Below are positions 1-9,863 of a DNA stretch of 64,000 nucleotides, one piece after another. Every line of letters begins with the position of its first letter. Position 1 is the stretch's first letter. A program made the position numbers and the translations under genes. A model generated the notes under the pieces. It did not search any database. It saw only the letters and a list, made by a program, of their open reading frames with translations, and was not told the DNA's origin. Source of the stretch: Pirellulales bacterium (GTDB taxonomy: Bacteria > Planctomycetota > Planctomycetia > Pirellulales > JAICIG01); NCBI GenBank assembly GCA_040901675.1, contig JBBDYJ010000026.1, positions 1-64,000 on the forward strand, in the 5' to 3' direction.

Positions 1-53
1 GCCAGAATTCGGGGCGCTTGCCACTCCACCAGAACTCTGGCGAGTCCTGCTAC
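1..53. repeat. GTAG-type REP doublet (REPIN-like), cut by window start
   Basis: reverse complement reads GTAGCAGGACTCGCCAGAGTTCTGG...CCCGAATTCTGGC, matching copies at 25149 and 55515. Confidence 0.7.
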
Positions 54-68
54 CCGAAGGGGAGTGGG

Positions 69-1244
69 TCACGCTTGCGCGTTTCTGACTCCTCCTTCCT
101 CCTTCCTCCCTCCTCCTTCCGCAATCAAGGCGTCCAGCTCGGATTTCAGACGCCCCAGGATGGCGTCGTAAGGATACGCTCCCAGCTCTTCGCTGCCCCG
201 TTTGAGATTGACAAAGTTCGGCCCGCACCAGAGCCCCAGGTCGGCGTCGTCGGTCTCGCCCGGCCCGTTCACGCGGCAGCCCATCACCGCAATCGTGATG
301 GCATGGTCCCTCGCATAGGTAGTCATCTCCTTGACCTGCTGGGCCAGCTCGATAAAGGCCTCGTTCTCGACGCGGGAGCAACTGGGGCAACTGATGATGT
401 TCATGGTCGCCAGGCCGTAATCGACCACGCTGCGGACGCGGCCTTCGGCGATGTCGGCCAGGATCTGCCGTCCGGCGGCAATCTCCTCAGGTTTGCGGAT
501 GTTGGGCACGGTGAGCGAGACGCGGATGGTGTCGCCGATGCCACGGCTGATGAGCTGCTCGAAGGCAATCCGCGTCTTGATGACGCCGTCGGGCGGCATG
601 CCGGCCTCGGTCACGCCCAGGTGCAGCGGAACGTCGGGCCGCTCGGCGGCGAAGCTGCGATTGACTTCGATCACTTTCTTGGGATCGGAGTCCTTCAGCG
701 AGACGCAATACCGCGTGAAGCCCAGCGAGTCGAGCAGCTCGCAGTGCTCCAGGGCACTCTCCAGCATCGGCGTCAAGGAGTCGTCTTGGGCGTACTTGCC
801 GAGCTTGGCCGGATCGACCGAGCCGCAGTTCACCCCCACCCGCAGCGCGCAGTCGTTTTCGCCCGCCACGCCGGCCAGGAAGCGGACCTTGTCCTGCCAT
901 GGCTTCTGCCGCTCGTGATGGTACAGGTGGCCGGGGTTGTAGCGGACCTTGTCCACGTGCGGAGCCACCAGCGTCGCCAGGCGGTAGTTCTCCTGCAGGT
1001 CGACCGACAGGTTGGCCGCCGTGCGTTTGCGCACCTCGGCCAGCGCCTCGGCGTCGCGCTGGTTGTCCACGGCGATCCGCACGATGTCGGCGCCCGCCTC
1101 GGCCAAAGCATTCACCTGGGCGACGGTAGCATCGACGTTCTGCGTATGAGTGGCGGTCATGCTCTGCACGGCAACCGGGTTATAGTCGCCGATCGTCACC
1201 GAGCCGATTCGCACGCCCCGCGTTGGATTCCGCTTGAGCTCCAC
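69..1244 (-). CDS. ispG: 4-hydroxy-3-methylbut-2-en-1-yl diphosphate synthase (GcpE/IspG)
   Basis: [39 protein letters not shown], Fe-S motifs SCPSCSR and [10 protein letters not shown]. Confidence 0.96.
   Translation of the reverse strand: MELKRNPTRGVRIGSVTIGDYNPVAVQSMTATHTQNVDATVAQVNALAEAGADIVRIAVDNQRDAEALAEVRKRTAANLSVDLQENYRLATLVAPHVDKVRYNPGHLYHHERQKPWQDKVRFLAGVAGENDCALRVGVNCGSVDPAKLGKYAQDDSLTPMLESALEHCELLDSLGFTRYCVSLKDSDPKKVIEVNRSFAAERPDVPLHLGVTEAGMPPDGVIKTRIAFEQLISRGIGDTIRVSLTVPNIRKPEEIAAGRQILADIAEGRVRSVVDYGLATMNIISCPSCSRVENEAFIELAQQVKEMTTYARDHAITIAVMGCRVNGPGETDDADLGLWCGPNFVNLKRGSEELGAYPYDAILGRLKSELDALIAEGGGRKEEGGVRNAQA
90..117. repeat. heptamer array (TCCTCCT)x4 inside the ispG 3' end
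   Basis: tcctcct tcctcct tcctccc tcctcct; encodes part of the low-complexity tail [10 protein letters not shown]. Confidence 0.7.
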
Positions 1245-1287
1245 TGAGGTTTCTCTCCGAACTTTGGGCAGTCCTGCTGTCCGTTAT

Positions 1288-1360
1288 GGATCGGCCGAAA
1301 AACAACTTCCTCAAAAGCGCAACTGGGGCACGCTTATCGCTTTGCCCCAGCCACCCAGCC
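1288..1360. repeat. hairpin repeat family B (ACTGGGGCACGCT..GCTTTGCCCCAGCCACCC), long form
   Basis: about 73 nt closely matching 11212-11283; core also at 30773 and 33026. Confidence 0.85.
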
Positions 1361-1454
1361 GCCGTGCGGCCGATGGCATAACGAACGAGACGGACTCTCA
1401 GATACTTAAATGTAGCCCAGACTTGGCCTTTAGCGAAGGGCGGGCTGGGCCGCG

Positions 1455-1572
1455 GGATTCTGGCAGAGCGGGCCATGGCCCGAATTCTGGCGAAGCGGGC
1501 TACGGAAGATGAGGATCCGGCCAGGGCCGGAATTCTGGCGAATTCCGCTACGGGAGAGGCGAAGTCCGCTAC
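1455..1572. repeat. cluster of GTAG-type REP copies
   Basis: CCCGAATTCTGGCGAAGCGGGCTAC (1479-1503), CCGGAATTCTGGCGAATTCCGCTAC (1527-1551), partial copy 1559-1572. Confidence 0.8.
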
Positions 1573-1590
1573 GGAAGATGCGCTATCGGT

Positions 1591-2706
1591 CTACGGGCTT
1601 CCCACCACCTTCAGGAGGGCTTCCACAAAGAAGAAGTCGCCCCACATCACCGACTCGTCGACTCCCAGGTTTTTCCGGGTGTGGTAGACGCCGTGCTTGA
1701 GGAGTCCCTCCCAACCGGCCGTCTCGTCGGCCAGGTATTCGCTCGTCACCAAGGCATCCAGCATTGCCAGGGCCGTGTTGCGGTAGTGAATGGCCCGATC
1801 GGGCGAAGGCGTTTGCTGGGCCAGGTCCAGCAGGCCGCTGGCGGCGATCGCTCCGGCCGAGCTGTCCTTTTGCGGCCCCCAGGGCAACGGCTCCGCCAGG
1901 TCGGCCTTGAAGTCCCAATAGGGAACCTTGTCCGGCGGCAGGTGCGTCAGCCAGTAGTCGGCGTTCCGCTCCGAGACGTCCAGGAACTCCTTGTCGCCGG
2001 TCAGCGCGTAGACCTGGCTGTAGCCGTAGAGCGACCAGGCGAGGCCGCGTGCCCAGGCGCTCTCGGGCCGCCAGCCCTGGTGCGTGTCCTCGCGGAGGAA
2101 CTCGCCGGTCTCGGTGTCGAAAATCCCTTCGTGCGCGGTCGAGCCGTCGGGCCGCACCAGCCGGTCGCGTGTCGTCCGGCAGTGGGCCGCCGCGACGCGT
2201 TCGAGCTGGGCATCGTCCGTCTGGGCGGCGGCATAAAAGATCAAGGGCACGTTCATCATGATGTCGATGAACAGCGACCGGGGGGCCACAAACGACCGCA
2301 GGTATTGGCCTTTCTCCATGAACCGCATGGCCAGGGTGCGGCCCGCCTGGATAAGGACCTGCCGCAGCCGCTCGTCGCCCGCGAGCTGGTACCAGGGGCG
2401 ATAGGTGTTGAGGAAAATGAATCCCAGGTCGTGGACGTCGCGGTCGTGCTGGCGGTGCTCCAGCAGGCGCGAGTAATGCTCCGCGCGCGTTCGCCAGGCC
2501 GCGTCGCCGGTCCGCTCATAAAACTTCCACATCATTCCCGCGAAGAATCCGCCCGTCCAATCGGTCCACAATTCGCCCGAGTGGTGCCAGCGGCCGCCGG
2601 TCGTGTAGATCGGAAAATAGTCAGGGGTCCGCTCGATGGTGGCGGCCACCTGCCGCTGGGCGAAGTCCAGTGCCTGGTTGTATCTGGCAAGGCGAGCTTC
2701 GGACAC
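1591..2706 (-). CDS. glycoside hydrolase family 88 (unsaturated glucuronyl hydrolase-like)
   Basis: WTGGFF, HDLGF, IDIMMN, WARGLAW, PYWDF, DSSAGAIAASGLL, WGDFFFVEAL. Confidence 0.88.
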   Translation of the reverse strand: MSEARLARYNQALDFAQRQVAATIERTPDYFPIYTTGGRWHHSGELWTDWTGGFFAGMMWKFYERTGDAAWRTRAEHYSRLLEHRQHDRDVHDLGFIFLNTYRPWYQLAGDERLRQVLIQAGRTLAMRFMEKGQYLRSFVAPRSLFIDIMMNVPLIFYAAAQTDDAQLERVAAAHCRTTRDRLVRPDGSTAHEGIFDTETGEFLREDTHQGWRPESAWARGLAWSLYGYSQVYALTGDKEFLDVSERNADYWLTHLPPDKVPYWDFKADLAEPLPWGPQKDSSAGAIAASGLLDLAQQTPSPDRAIHYRNTALAMLDALVTSEYLADETAGWEGLLKHGVYHTRKNLGVDESVMWGDFFFVEALLKVVGSP

Positions 2707-2927
2707 GCTGGGCCTCTGGGCAATTTAGGCTGGAGCGCAATCGGCACGATCAAATCGTAGCCGCCGGCGGACAGGCGGTCCATTGCCGGCCGGCCCTGAT
2801 CCCCGCGGCATAGCTTCGCTCCTGCACAGCACTTGGGGAGATTACGCGTTGACCGCATCCCACGAACCGGATACTCTCCGCCGCTTCATCGGCCGCGTCC
2901 GCCACAAGTCCAACCGGGGAAGAAATC

Positions 2928-3560
2928 TTGAAGACGTTGACATTGGCCCTAGTGCTCTCGTTGGCTGCGGCCGCCGCCGGCCAGCAAGCTTACGTCGACC
3001 GAGCCGAAACGCCTGCGGCCGCACCGCGCGCTAGCGAGAACGCGCGCCAGCCCCTTGTTCCTTCGGGCGGCTTGCGAGCCTATGAAGAGATTCCGGCTCC
3101 GCATCCCGCGCCTGGCAGGCGCGGTTACCATGCCGCCGTGCCTTACGATCCGCCGCGGCAGCCACGTCAGCCCTACATGCCAAATTCCGTCACCAGCAGG
3201 CCCGCCGCATCAACTCCGGCTCCGCTCGGCGCAGCGCCGCACAGCACGGCGGAAACCAAGATCGATCATCTGCTCCAGGCAGCGGCGCACCTGGAGGCGG
3301 CGGGCTTCAGCGACCAGGCCGCCGAAGCTCGCAAGAAGGCCGATGACCACAAGCGGGCCCTTCTTCAGAGGCTTCTGGATCAGAGACTTGCCGAGGTCGA
3401 ACTGCTCAAGACGGAAATTGCCCGGTTGCAAACTTCGCCCTCCCCGGCCTCGGCCGGCGGTAGCGAGACAATCGACGACGATCGTGCGGTTCCTATTCGC
3501 CGCGATCGAAATTCCCCACCGCTTCCTTCGGCCGGGAAGGACGGCCGCTCAAAACGATAG
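2928..3560 (+). CDS. exported hypothetical protein, paralog of the N-terminal half of the next gene
   Basis: signal peptide MKTLTLALVLSLAAAAAGQQAY; HLEAAG and LKTEIARL segments shared with the 3606 gene. Confidence 0.75.
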   Translation: MKTLTLALVLSLAAAAAGQQAYVDRAETPAAAPRASENARQPLVPSGGLRAYEEIPAPHPAPGRRGYHAAVPYDPPRQPRQPYMPNSVTSRPAASTPAPLGAAPHSTAETKIDHLLQAAAHLEAAGFSDQAAEARKKADDHKRALLQRLLDQRLAEVELLKTEIARLQTSPSPASAGGSETIDDDRAVPIRRDRNSPPLPSAGKDGRSKR

Positions 3561-3605
3561 TCGAGTCGGAACGGACTTCCCGTTGACCCCGTCTTGGAGA
3601 AAGTC

Positions 3606-4757
3606 ATGAAGACGCTTACGTTTGCCCTGCTGCTCTGTATGGCCGCCGTCGCCGCCGGCCAGCAAGCTTATGATCTGCCGCCGCCGCCCGGGTCCCACCC
3701 GGCGCAGGCAGGCAGGCACGACCGAGCCGGCCATGAGCGGGTGGCAACTCCGTACGCCTATCGGCGGGCTCCGGGCAACCGGCCCTACCATGTTGACGAC
3801 CGCTACGCCGCCGCGGCTGCACCGATCGGAACGGTCGCGTGCAGCCCCGGCTGCGCCGACTGCCTGTACCCGGAGTCCCACGCCGCTTCAAAGGCCCATC
3901 ATTTGCGTGAGGCCGCCAAGCACCTGGAGGCCGCCGGCTACAAGGAGCAGGCTGCCGAAGTGCGCCAAAAGGCGCACGAGCAGCAACAAGCACACAAACG
4001 GCACCGCATTGATCAAATGCTTATCCAGATCGAAATGCTGAAGGCCGAGATTGCTCGTCTGGAGTCTCAGGACCACGCCCAGCGGCAGGTGCAAATCGAC
4101 GTCAAGCTGCTGGAGATGGCGGAGGCAACGGCGGATGGAGAGCTGCAGCTCGAGTGCCTTGACGAGGCGGCCTTCCTGACGTCCAAGAACCTCACATTTG
4201 TGGGCGCGACGGAAGAGAGCCACAAAGTCGCCAGCGCGATCGAAAAGCTGCGCGTGTGCGGTTCGGTGAAGGTGTTCGCGGAACCATCGCTGGTCACCGT
4301 CAGCGGGCGGCCAGCCTTCTTTCGCACGGGCGAAGGGGCTCCCCACCCGCAGCGTGGCCCGGATGGGTCGCTCGTTTTGGGCGGCAACTGCGCGGGAGTG
4401 CAAGTCGACATGCTGCCGCTGATCCTCGCGGACGACAAAGTCCGTCTCGAATTCAAATTCAGCCTCCGGCAGCCCAGCGAATCCCAGCCCATCGCCGCGG
4501 ATGGCAAGACCAAGCTAACGTGTCGCGAAGTGCAAATCGACACCGGCGCCGAGATCGAGGCCGGCAAAACCCTGATCATCAGGTCTCTGCTCCCGGGGAT
4601 GGAAAGTGAAACGGATACCGGCCGGAAGCAGTTTCTGCTGCTCCTGACGCCCAAGATCCTCGCACCGGAGGAAATCCCAAAGACCGCGCGTGCCAATGCC
4701 GCCAAGGAGCCTGCACCGCGTCCCCATCCGCCGCAGCCGCTCCAGATCACGCGCTAG
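3606..4757 (+). CDS. exported protein with C-terminal secretin-like (type II/III secretion, CpaC/RcpA-like) domain
   Basis: signal peptide; QVQIDVKLLE and VKVFAEPSLVTVSGRPAFFRTG resemble the secretin domain; ATG at 3606 chosen by paralog comparison. Confidence 0.7.
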   Translation: MKTLTFALLLCMAAVAAGQQAYDLPPPPGSHPAQAGRHDRAGHERVATPYAYRRAPGNRPYHVDDRYAAAAAPIGTVACSPGCADCLYPESHAASKAHHLREAAKHLEAAGYKEQAAEVRQKAHEQQQAHKRHRIDQMLIQIEMLKAEIARLESQDHAQRQVQIDVKLLEMAEATADGELQLECLDEAAFLTSKNLTFVGATEESHKVASAIEKLRVCGSVKVFAEPSLVTVSGRPAFFRTGEGAPHPQRGPDGSLVLGGNCAGVQVDMLPLILADDKVRLEFKFSLRQPSESQPIAADGKTKLTCREVQIDTGAEIEAGKTLIIRSLLPGMESETDTGRKQFLLLLTPKILAPEEIPKTARANAAKEPAPRPHPPQPLQITR

Positions 4758-4802
4758 CGATTGCGCCGGCGCGGCGCGAAGCGGCTGCCAAAGTCGATAC
4801 GA

Positions 4803-4844
4803 GGCAAGGGGACCGGCGCCAGCCAGTCCCCTTGCCGCTTTTTT
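4803..4844 (+). terminator. putative intrinsic terminator
   Basis: stem GGCAAGGGGAC / GTCCCCTTGCC followed by a T6 run, downstream of the gene ending at 4757. Confidence 0.55.
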
Positions 4845-4933
4845 GTCTGCACGCAACGTGCGGGACGCGCCCTGATGCTATAGGCTGAAGCTGGACCAAT
4901 CGGCCTACCGCCTCCTGCCCACCTGCCGTCGCC

Positions 4934-5404
4934 GTGAAGTACGAGCCGCTGTTGCACGTCGTGCTGTACCAGCCGGAGATTCCGCACAATACCGGGGCGG
5001 TGGGCCGCACCTGCGTGGCGGCAGGTGCCAAGCTGTGGCTGGTCCGCCCCCTGGGATTCCGGCTCGATGACTACTACCTGCGCCGCAGCGGGCTGGACTA
5101 CTGGGAACACCTGGAGTGGGAAGCAGTCGACGATTGGGCGGCCCTGGCCGAGCGCCTGCCCGCCCGCGACGCCTATTATTTCAGCAAGACGGCGCTGCGC
5201 AGCTACACCGACGCCCGCTTCGAACAGGGCGACATCCTGGTGTTCGGCAACGAGTCGGCCGGCCTGCCGCAGGTCCTCTTGGAGAAGCAGCACGACCGCA
5301 TGCTGCGCATCCCCATCCGCCCCGAGGCCCGCAGCCTCAACCTTTCGAACACGGTGGCCATCGCCGTGTTCGAGGCCCGCCGGCAGTGGGATGAGGAGCG
5401 ATAA
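4934..5404 (+). CDS. trmL: tRNA (cytidine/uridine(34)-2'-O)-methyltransferase
   Basis: VVLYQPEIPHNTG, PLGF, RRSGLDYW, FGNESAGLP, RSLNLSN. Confidence 0.93.
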   Translation: MKYEPLLHVVLYQPEIPHNTGAVGRTCVAAGAKLWLVRPLGFRLDDYYLRRSGLDYWEHLEWEAVDDWAALAERLPARDAYYFSKTALRSYTDARFEQGDILVFGNESAGLPQVLLEKQHDRMLRIPIRPEARSLNLSNTVAIAVFEARRQWDEER

Positions 5405-5540
5405 GGCGATCCTCCAGAGGCGGACCTTCGGCACGGGACAAGGCGCGGGAAGCAGATGGTATGTTTTCCGCCATCCGACAAGCTAGAATCCGAACTCCAG
5501 GATCTCTTATCTCCGCCCACCCCACTTGCCGGGCTCCCCC

Positions 5541-6593
5541 ATGCCGACCATCCCCGCGGCCACGTTGACCGATTTTGCCACCCAGTTGCTGGCCGCAGGA
5601 GGCGTGGGACGCGACGAGGCGGCCCTGGTGGCCGAGAGCCTGGTGGGCGCCAACCTGCGCGGGCACGACTCGCACGGCGTGATGCGGATTCCCTATTATC
5701 TCGATTCGGTGGCCAAGGGCGAAGTAAAGCCGGGCGCCGAGTTCAGCGTGATCAAAGAAGCACCCACGATCCTGGTGGCCGACGGGGGCTGGGGGTTCGG
5801 GCAGACGCAGGCCCGCCGGCTGACCGAACATCTGATCGCCAAGGCCAAGGGGGGCGGCACCGGCCTGGGCACACTGATCCGCTGCGGCCACGTCGGCCGG
5901 CTGGGAGAATACTGCGAGCTGGCCGCCACCGAGGGATTGGTGTCGATCGTCATGGTCAACACGCATGGCCATTCCCGCCGGGTGGCGCCGGTCGGAGGCA
6001 CCGCGCCGCGGCTGGGCACCAACCCCGTGGCGTTCGGCGTCCCCAACGGCGAAGCGGCGTTGGTGCTCGACTTCGGCACCAGCGCCACGGCCGAGGGGAA
6101 GGTGCGGGTCAAGCGGATCGCGGGGCAGACCTGCCCCGACGGCTGGCTGTTGGACTCGATGGGCCGGCCCACCAACGACCCGAATTCGCTCTATGCCGAC
6201 CCGCCCGGCACGATATTGCCGATGGGCGGGCCGCATGCTTACAGGGGCTTCGGCCTGGGGCTGATGGTGGAGATCTTCGCCGGCGCGCTGTCGGGCGGCG
6301 TCACGATCCGCGAGGTGCCGGCCAATCAAAACGGCAACTGCGTGTTCATGCTCTTGATCGACCCGGAGCACGTGGGCGGCGGCCAGCATTTCGCGGCCGA
6401 GGTCAGCCAAGTGGTCGACTTCATCCGCTGCTGTCCGCGGGTCGATGGCGTCGACGAGATCCTGCTGCCCGGCGATCCGGAACGGCGCATTCTGGCCCAG
6501 CGCCGCGCGGAGGGCATCCCGCTGGACGAAGGCAACTGGTCGCAACTGGCCAACCTGGCACGGGAGCTGGGAATCCGCCCGATCGCCTGCTGA
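5541..6593 (+). CDS. Ldh_2 family (malate/L-lactate/L-sulfolactate-type) oxidoreductase
   Basis: GHDSHG, DGGWGFG, HVGRLGEY, GTNPVAF, LDFGTS, LLPGDPE. Confidence 0.9.
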   Translation: MPTIPAATLTDFATQLLAAGGVGRDEAALVAESLVGANLRGHDSHGVMRIPYYLDSVAKGEVKPGAEFSVIKEAPTILVADGGWGFGQTQARRLTEHLIAKAKGGGTGLGTLIRCGHVGRLGEYCELAATEGLVSIVMVNTHGHSRRVAPVGGTAPRLGTNPVAFGVPNGEAALVLDFGTSATAEGKVRVKRIAGQTCPDGWLLDSMGRPTNDPNSLYADPPGTILPMGGPHAYRGFGLGLMVEIFAGALSGGVTIREVPANQNGNCVFMLLIDPEHVGGGQHFAAEVSQVVDFIRCCPRVDGVDEILLPGDPERRILAQRRAEGIPLDEGNWSQLANLARELGIRPIAC

Positions 6594-6759
6594 TCGGTTG
6601 GCCTGGGCGGTTTTGGCGTTTTTGGGCCGCCGTCTCTTGAGTTTTGCACCTCGCAGCGCGCATGATAGTGCTCACGGGGCCGATTACCGCCTAGGACTAG
6701 TGGCCCGCAAGTTGTCTGGGCCGCCCGTCCAGCGCCATGCTTTCCTGCCGAGGTGACTT

Positions 6760-9108
6760 ATGATGAGCCAAGCGACGCGGTTCTCTCCGGCCTCTCTGGG
6801 ACCACTCAGTTTGATGTTACTGGCCCTGGCCGTGATCGGTTTGCCACGGGCCGCCGGCGGCGCGGATGAAAAGAAAAAAGTCCAACTGCCGATCGTCGAG
6901 GGGGCCGAGCTTCAGCCGCTCAGGGCCCAGGCGACTCGAATTGCCCAGGCGCTGGAACTGTTGGGCAGTCCACTCACAGCCGATGATCGCAAGGCGCTGG
7001 ACCGCGCGCTGGCCGAGGACGACCCCGCCAAGAGCAGCCGGCAGATCCAGGAGGCGCTCGATGCGCTGTGCCTGGCGGGCGTGAACATCAACCCGGAGAG
7101 CCGCGTCAAGGCCACGGCCGGACCCGCCGCCAAGGAGTTGATGCAGCAGGGCTGGCGGGTGTTTCTGGTCAAGGTCCACAACGAGGCGGGCGTGACGGCC
7201 CGGCTGCGGGTTTCCAGTCCCAACGCGCAGCCGGTATACGAGCGGGGCTCCAACCAGCCGGTGGCCGTGAAAAAAATCAGCCCGGCCGAACTGGCCGATC
7301 GTTGGCTCAACCTGGAGATGTTCGACAGGCAACCGTTGAACGAGACGCTGTCCGGCCTCGCGGTAGAGTACCGCGTGATCCAGCTCTATAGCCGCGACGC
7401 GGGGAAGCGCGAGGCGAAGCTGATGTTCGACGTGGGGCAGGGCACGCAGGACTTGGGCTTCCGCAACGAGCTCAACCTGTTGTTCCAGTGCCGGCCGGCC
7501 GTCGAAGTGGTCCTGAGCGTGCTCGACGACGACGGCACGCCGACCATGGGCCAGTTCATCTTCCGGGATTCGCTGGGCCGCGTCTACCCGTCACGGGCGC
7601 GGCGGCTGGCGCCCGACTTCTTCTTTCACGACCAGGTCTACCGGGCCGACGGCGAAAACGTGCTGCTGCCGCCGGGTGAGTACGACGTGACGTACACCCG
7701 CGGCCCCGAATACAAGATCCACAAGCGCCGCATCGAGGTGCCTGAAACGGACAAGCACCAGGAGAATTTCCGCCTGGCCCGCTGGATTAAGCTGGCCGAC
7801 CTGGGTTGGTACTCCGGCGATCACCACATCCACGGCGCGGGCTGCGCCCATTACGAAGCGCCGACCGAGGGGGTCGGGCCCGAAGACATGATGCGGCACA
7901 TCCTGGGCGAGGATCTCAACGTAGGGTGCGTTCTGTCGTGGGGGCCGTGCTGGTACTTTCAAAAGCAGTTCTTCGACGGGCAGGTCCATTCGCTCTCGAC
8001 GCCTCAGAACCTGATGCGCTACGACGTGGAGGTCTCCGGCTTCCCCAGCTCGCACGCCGGCCACTTGTGCCTGTTGCGGCTCAAGGAAGACGATTACCCC
8101 GGCACGTCGCGGATCGAAGAGTGGCCCAGTTGGGATCTGCCCGTGCTCAAGTGGGGCAAAGAGCAGGGGGGCATCGTCGGCTTTTCGCACAGCGGCTGGG
8201 GCCTGCAGGTCCCGTCGCAGACGCTCCCCAACTACGATATGCCCCCCTTCGACGGCATCGGCGCCAACGAATACATCGTCGACGTGGTCCACGACGTTTG
8301 CCACTTCATCTCGGCGGTCGACACCCCGATCATCTGGGAGCTGGGCATCTGGTATCACACGCTCAACTGCGGGTACACCGCCAGGATTAGCGGTGAAACC
8401 GATTTCCCCTGCATCTACGGCGAGCGCGTCGGCCTGGGCCGGGCCTATGTCAAGCTCGACGTGCCGCCCGGACAGCCGCTCGATTACGACCGTTGGGCCG
8501 AGGGCATCCGCGACGGCCGCAGCTACTGCTGCGACGGGCTCAGCCACCTGGTCGACTTCACGGTGGGCGGCCTGGGCGTCGGGGAACCAGGCGAGGGCGG
8601 CCGGGCGAGCGTGCTGGCCGTCGGCGCGGACGACAAGCCGCTGGCCGTTCGCGTGCGGGCCGCCGCCATGCTGGCAGAAGAACCCCGCGAAGACATCCGT
8701 TCGCTGGCTCTGGATCGAAAGCCGTATTGGCACGTCGAGCGGGCCCGCGTCGGCGACACCCGCAAGGTGCCCGTCGAGCTGATCGTCAACGGCCACAGCG
8801 TCGAGACCCGCGAGATCGAGGCCGACGGCAGCCTGAACGATGTCCAGTTCGAGTTCAAGCCGAAGCACTCCAGTTGGGTCGCCGTGCGGATCTTCCCCAG
8901 CTCGCACACCAATCCGGTGTTCGTCGAGGTCGACGGCAAGCCGATCCGCGCCAGCAAGAAAAGCGCCCAGTGGTGCCTGGAGGCCGTCGACGTCTGCTGG
9001 CAGAAGAAGTCGCCCCAGATCCGCGAAACCGAACGAGCCGAGGCGGCCGAAGCGTATGAAGTGGCCCGGCAGGCGTATCGCAAGATCCTCGAAGAGTCGC
9101 AAGAGTAG
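6760..9108 (+). CDS. exported CehA/McbA-family PHP-like metallohydrolase
   Basis: signal peptide; TRGPEY, WYSGDHHIH, SHSGWG, SGETDFPC. Confidence 0.75.
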   Translation: MMSQATRFSPASLGPLSLMLLALAVIGLPRAAGGADEKKKVQLPIVEGAELQPLRAQATRIAQALELLGSPLTADDRKALDRALAEDDPAKSSRQIQEALDALCLAGVNINPESRVKATAGPAAKELMQQGWRVFLVKVHNEAGVTARLRVSSPNAQPVYERGSNQPVAVKKISPAELADRWLNLEMFDRQPLNETLSGLAVEYRVIQLYSRDAGKREAKLMFDVGQGTQDLGFRNELNLLFQCRPAVEVVLSVLDDDGTPTMGQFIFRDSLGRVYPSRARRLAPDFFFHDQVYRADGENVLLPPGEYDVTYTRGPEYKIHKRRIEVPETDKHQENFRLARWIKLADLGWYSGDHHIHGAGCAHYEAPTEGVGPEDMMRHILGEDLNVGCVLSWGPCWYFQKQFFDGQVHSLSTPQNLMRYDVEVSGFPSSHAGHLCLLRLKEDDYPGTSRIEEWPSWDLPVLKWGKEQGGIVGFSHSGWGLQVPSQTLPNYDMPPFDGIGANEYIVDVVHDVCHFISAVDTPIIWELGIWYHTLNCGYTARISGETDFPCIYGERVGLGRAYVKLDVPPGQPLDYDRWAEGIRDGRSYCCDGLSHLVDFTVGGLGVGEPGEGGRASVLAVGADDKPLAVRVRAAAMLAEEPREDIRSLALDRKPYWHVERARVGDTRKVPVELIVNGHSVETREIEADGSLNDVQFEFKPKHSSWVAVRIFPSSHTNPVFVEVDGKPIRASKKSAQWCLEAVDVCWQKKSPQIRETERAEAAEAYEVARQAYRKILEESQE

Positions 9109-9340
9109 TTGCTAGTTGCTGCTTGCCGGTTGCTGGTTGCTAATGAAAACGGGGCGGTTGTGGAAGGTCAACAAAGGTTGACTCGCGGCGATTGCATCAC
9201 GATGACTGTCGCCCCCTTCGGGGGCTTACGGCGGTGTCGGTGGCGCGCTGCCGGGGGCTGACGCACCCCGGCTATTGACTTTCGCCCCGTCCGGGGCTGG
9301 CAACTAGCAACTAGCAACTAGCAACTAGGAACTAGCAACT
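9106..9340. repeat. inverted heptamer arrays (TAGTTGC)n / (GCAACTA)n enclosing a three-hairpin REP-like element
   Basis: arrays at 9106-9142 and 9300-9340; hairpins TCGCCCCCTTCGGGGGCT (9209), CCGGGGGCTGACGCACCCCGGCTA (9251), TCGCCCCGTCCGGGGCT (9282). Confidence 0.85.
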
Positions 9341-9631
9341 CCGCAACCGGCGGATGGTGGCGCGCAAGCGCGGCACCTTGGCCTCCACCTTGTCGAGCAG
9401 CCGGGCGCAAAACGGCACGCTGGGGGCCAACAGGATCACGCCCCAGCCGATGAGGAACCAGCCGGGCATGATCGGCATGACAAGGCCCACCAAGCCCAGG
9501 CCCATCACGGACCAGCCAAGGACATTCCTTCCGACGTTTGAGGGTCCCCTCGAGCAACTCGGCGATTGAACGGCCTGGAGTGGAGATTGAAATGGGTCGC
9601 TCGTCGTCTCGCTTTCATCCGTGGTCAGCAC
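9332..9631 (-). CDS. small membrane protein, PGPGW/DUF454-like (start uncertain)
   Basis: hydrophobic hairpin VLGWSVMGLGLVGLVMPIMPGWFLIGWGVILLA. Confidence 0.6.
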   Translation of the reverse strand: MLTTDESETTSDPFQSPLQAVQSPSCSRGPSNVGRNVLGWSVMGLGLVGLVMPIMPGWFLIGWGVILLAPSVPFCARLLDKVEAKVPRLRATIRRLRSC

Positions 9632-9863
9632 CAGTCGTTGCCTCGTCGGGGGGACTAGGGGTCGGGGAATCTCGCTTTCGAAGTAGAAGTATAGGAGAGC
9701 CGGACTCCCGCGGCCGCGCCCCAAATAGAGGGATTGGGCCAACCGGGACGGACGGCAACATGTAAGAGGCTGCGCCGCTTCTGGTTCCGGCCGATCCTAC
9801 CTCGCTGAACGCCCTCTCCGATGCTGCCGTCGGTTACCAGGCAGGGGCGGACACCGCTCGGCT

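Noticed and set aside
18..1247. Long antisense and alternate-frame ORFs here and throughout (e.g. 7591..9102, 23281..25107, 30792..32618, 57997..59583)
   Set aside because: Shadows of well-supported genes caused by high-GC codon bias; no family motifs
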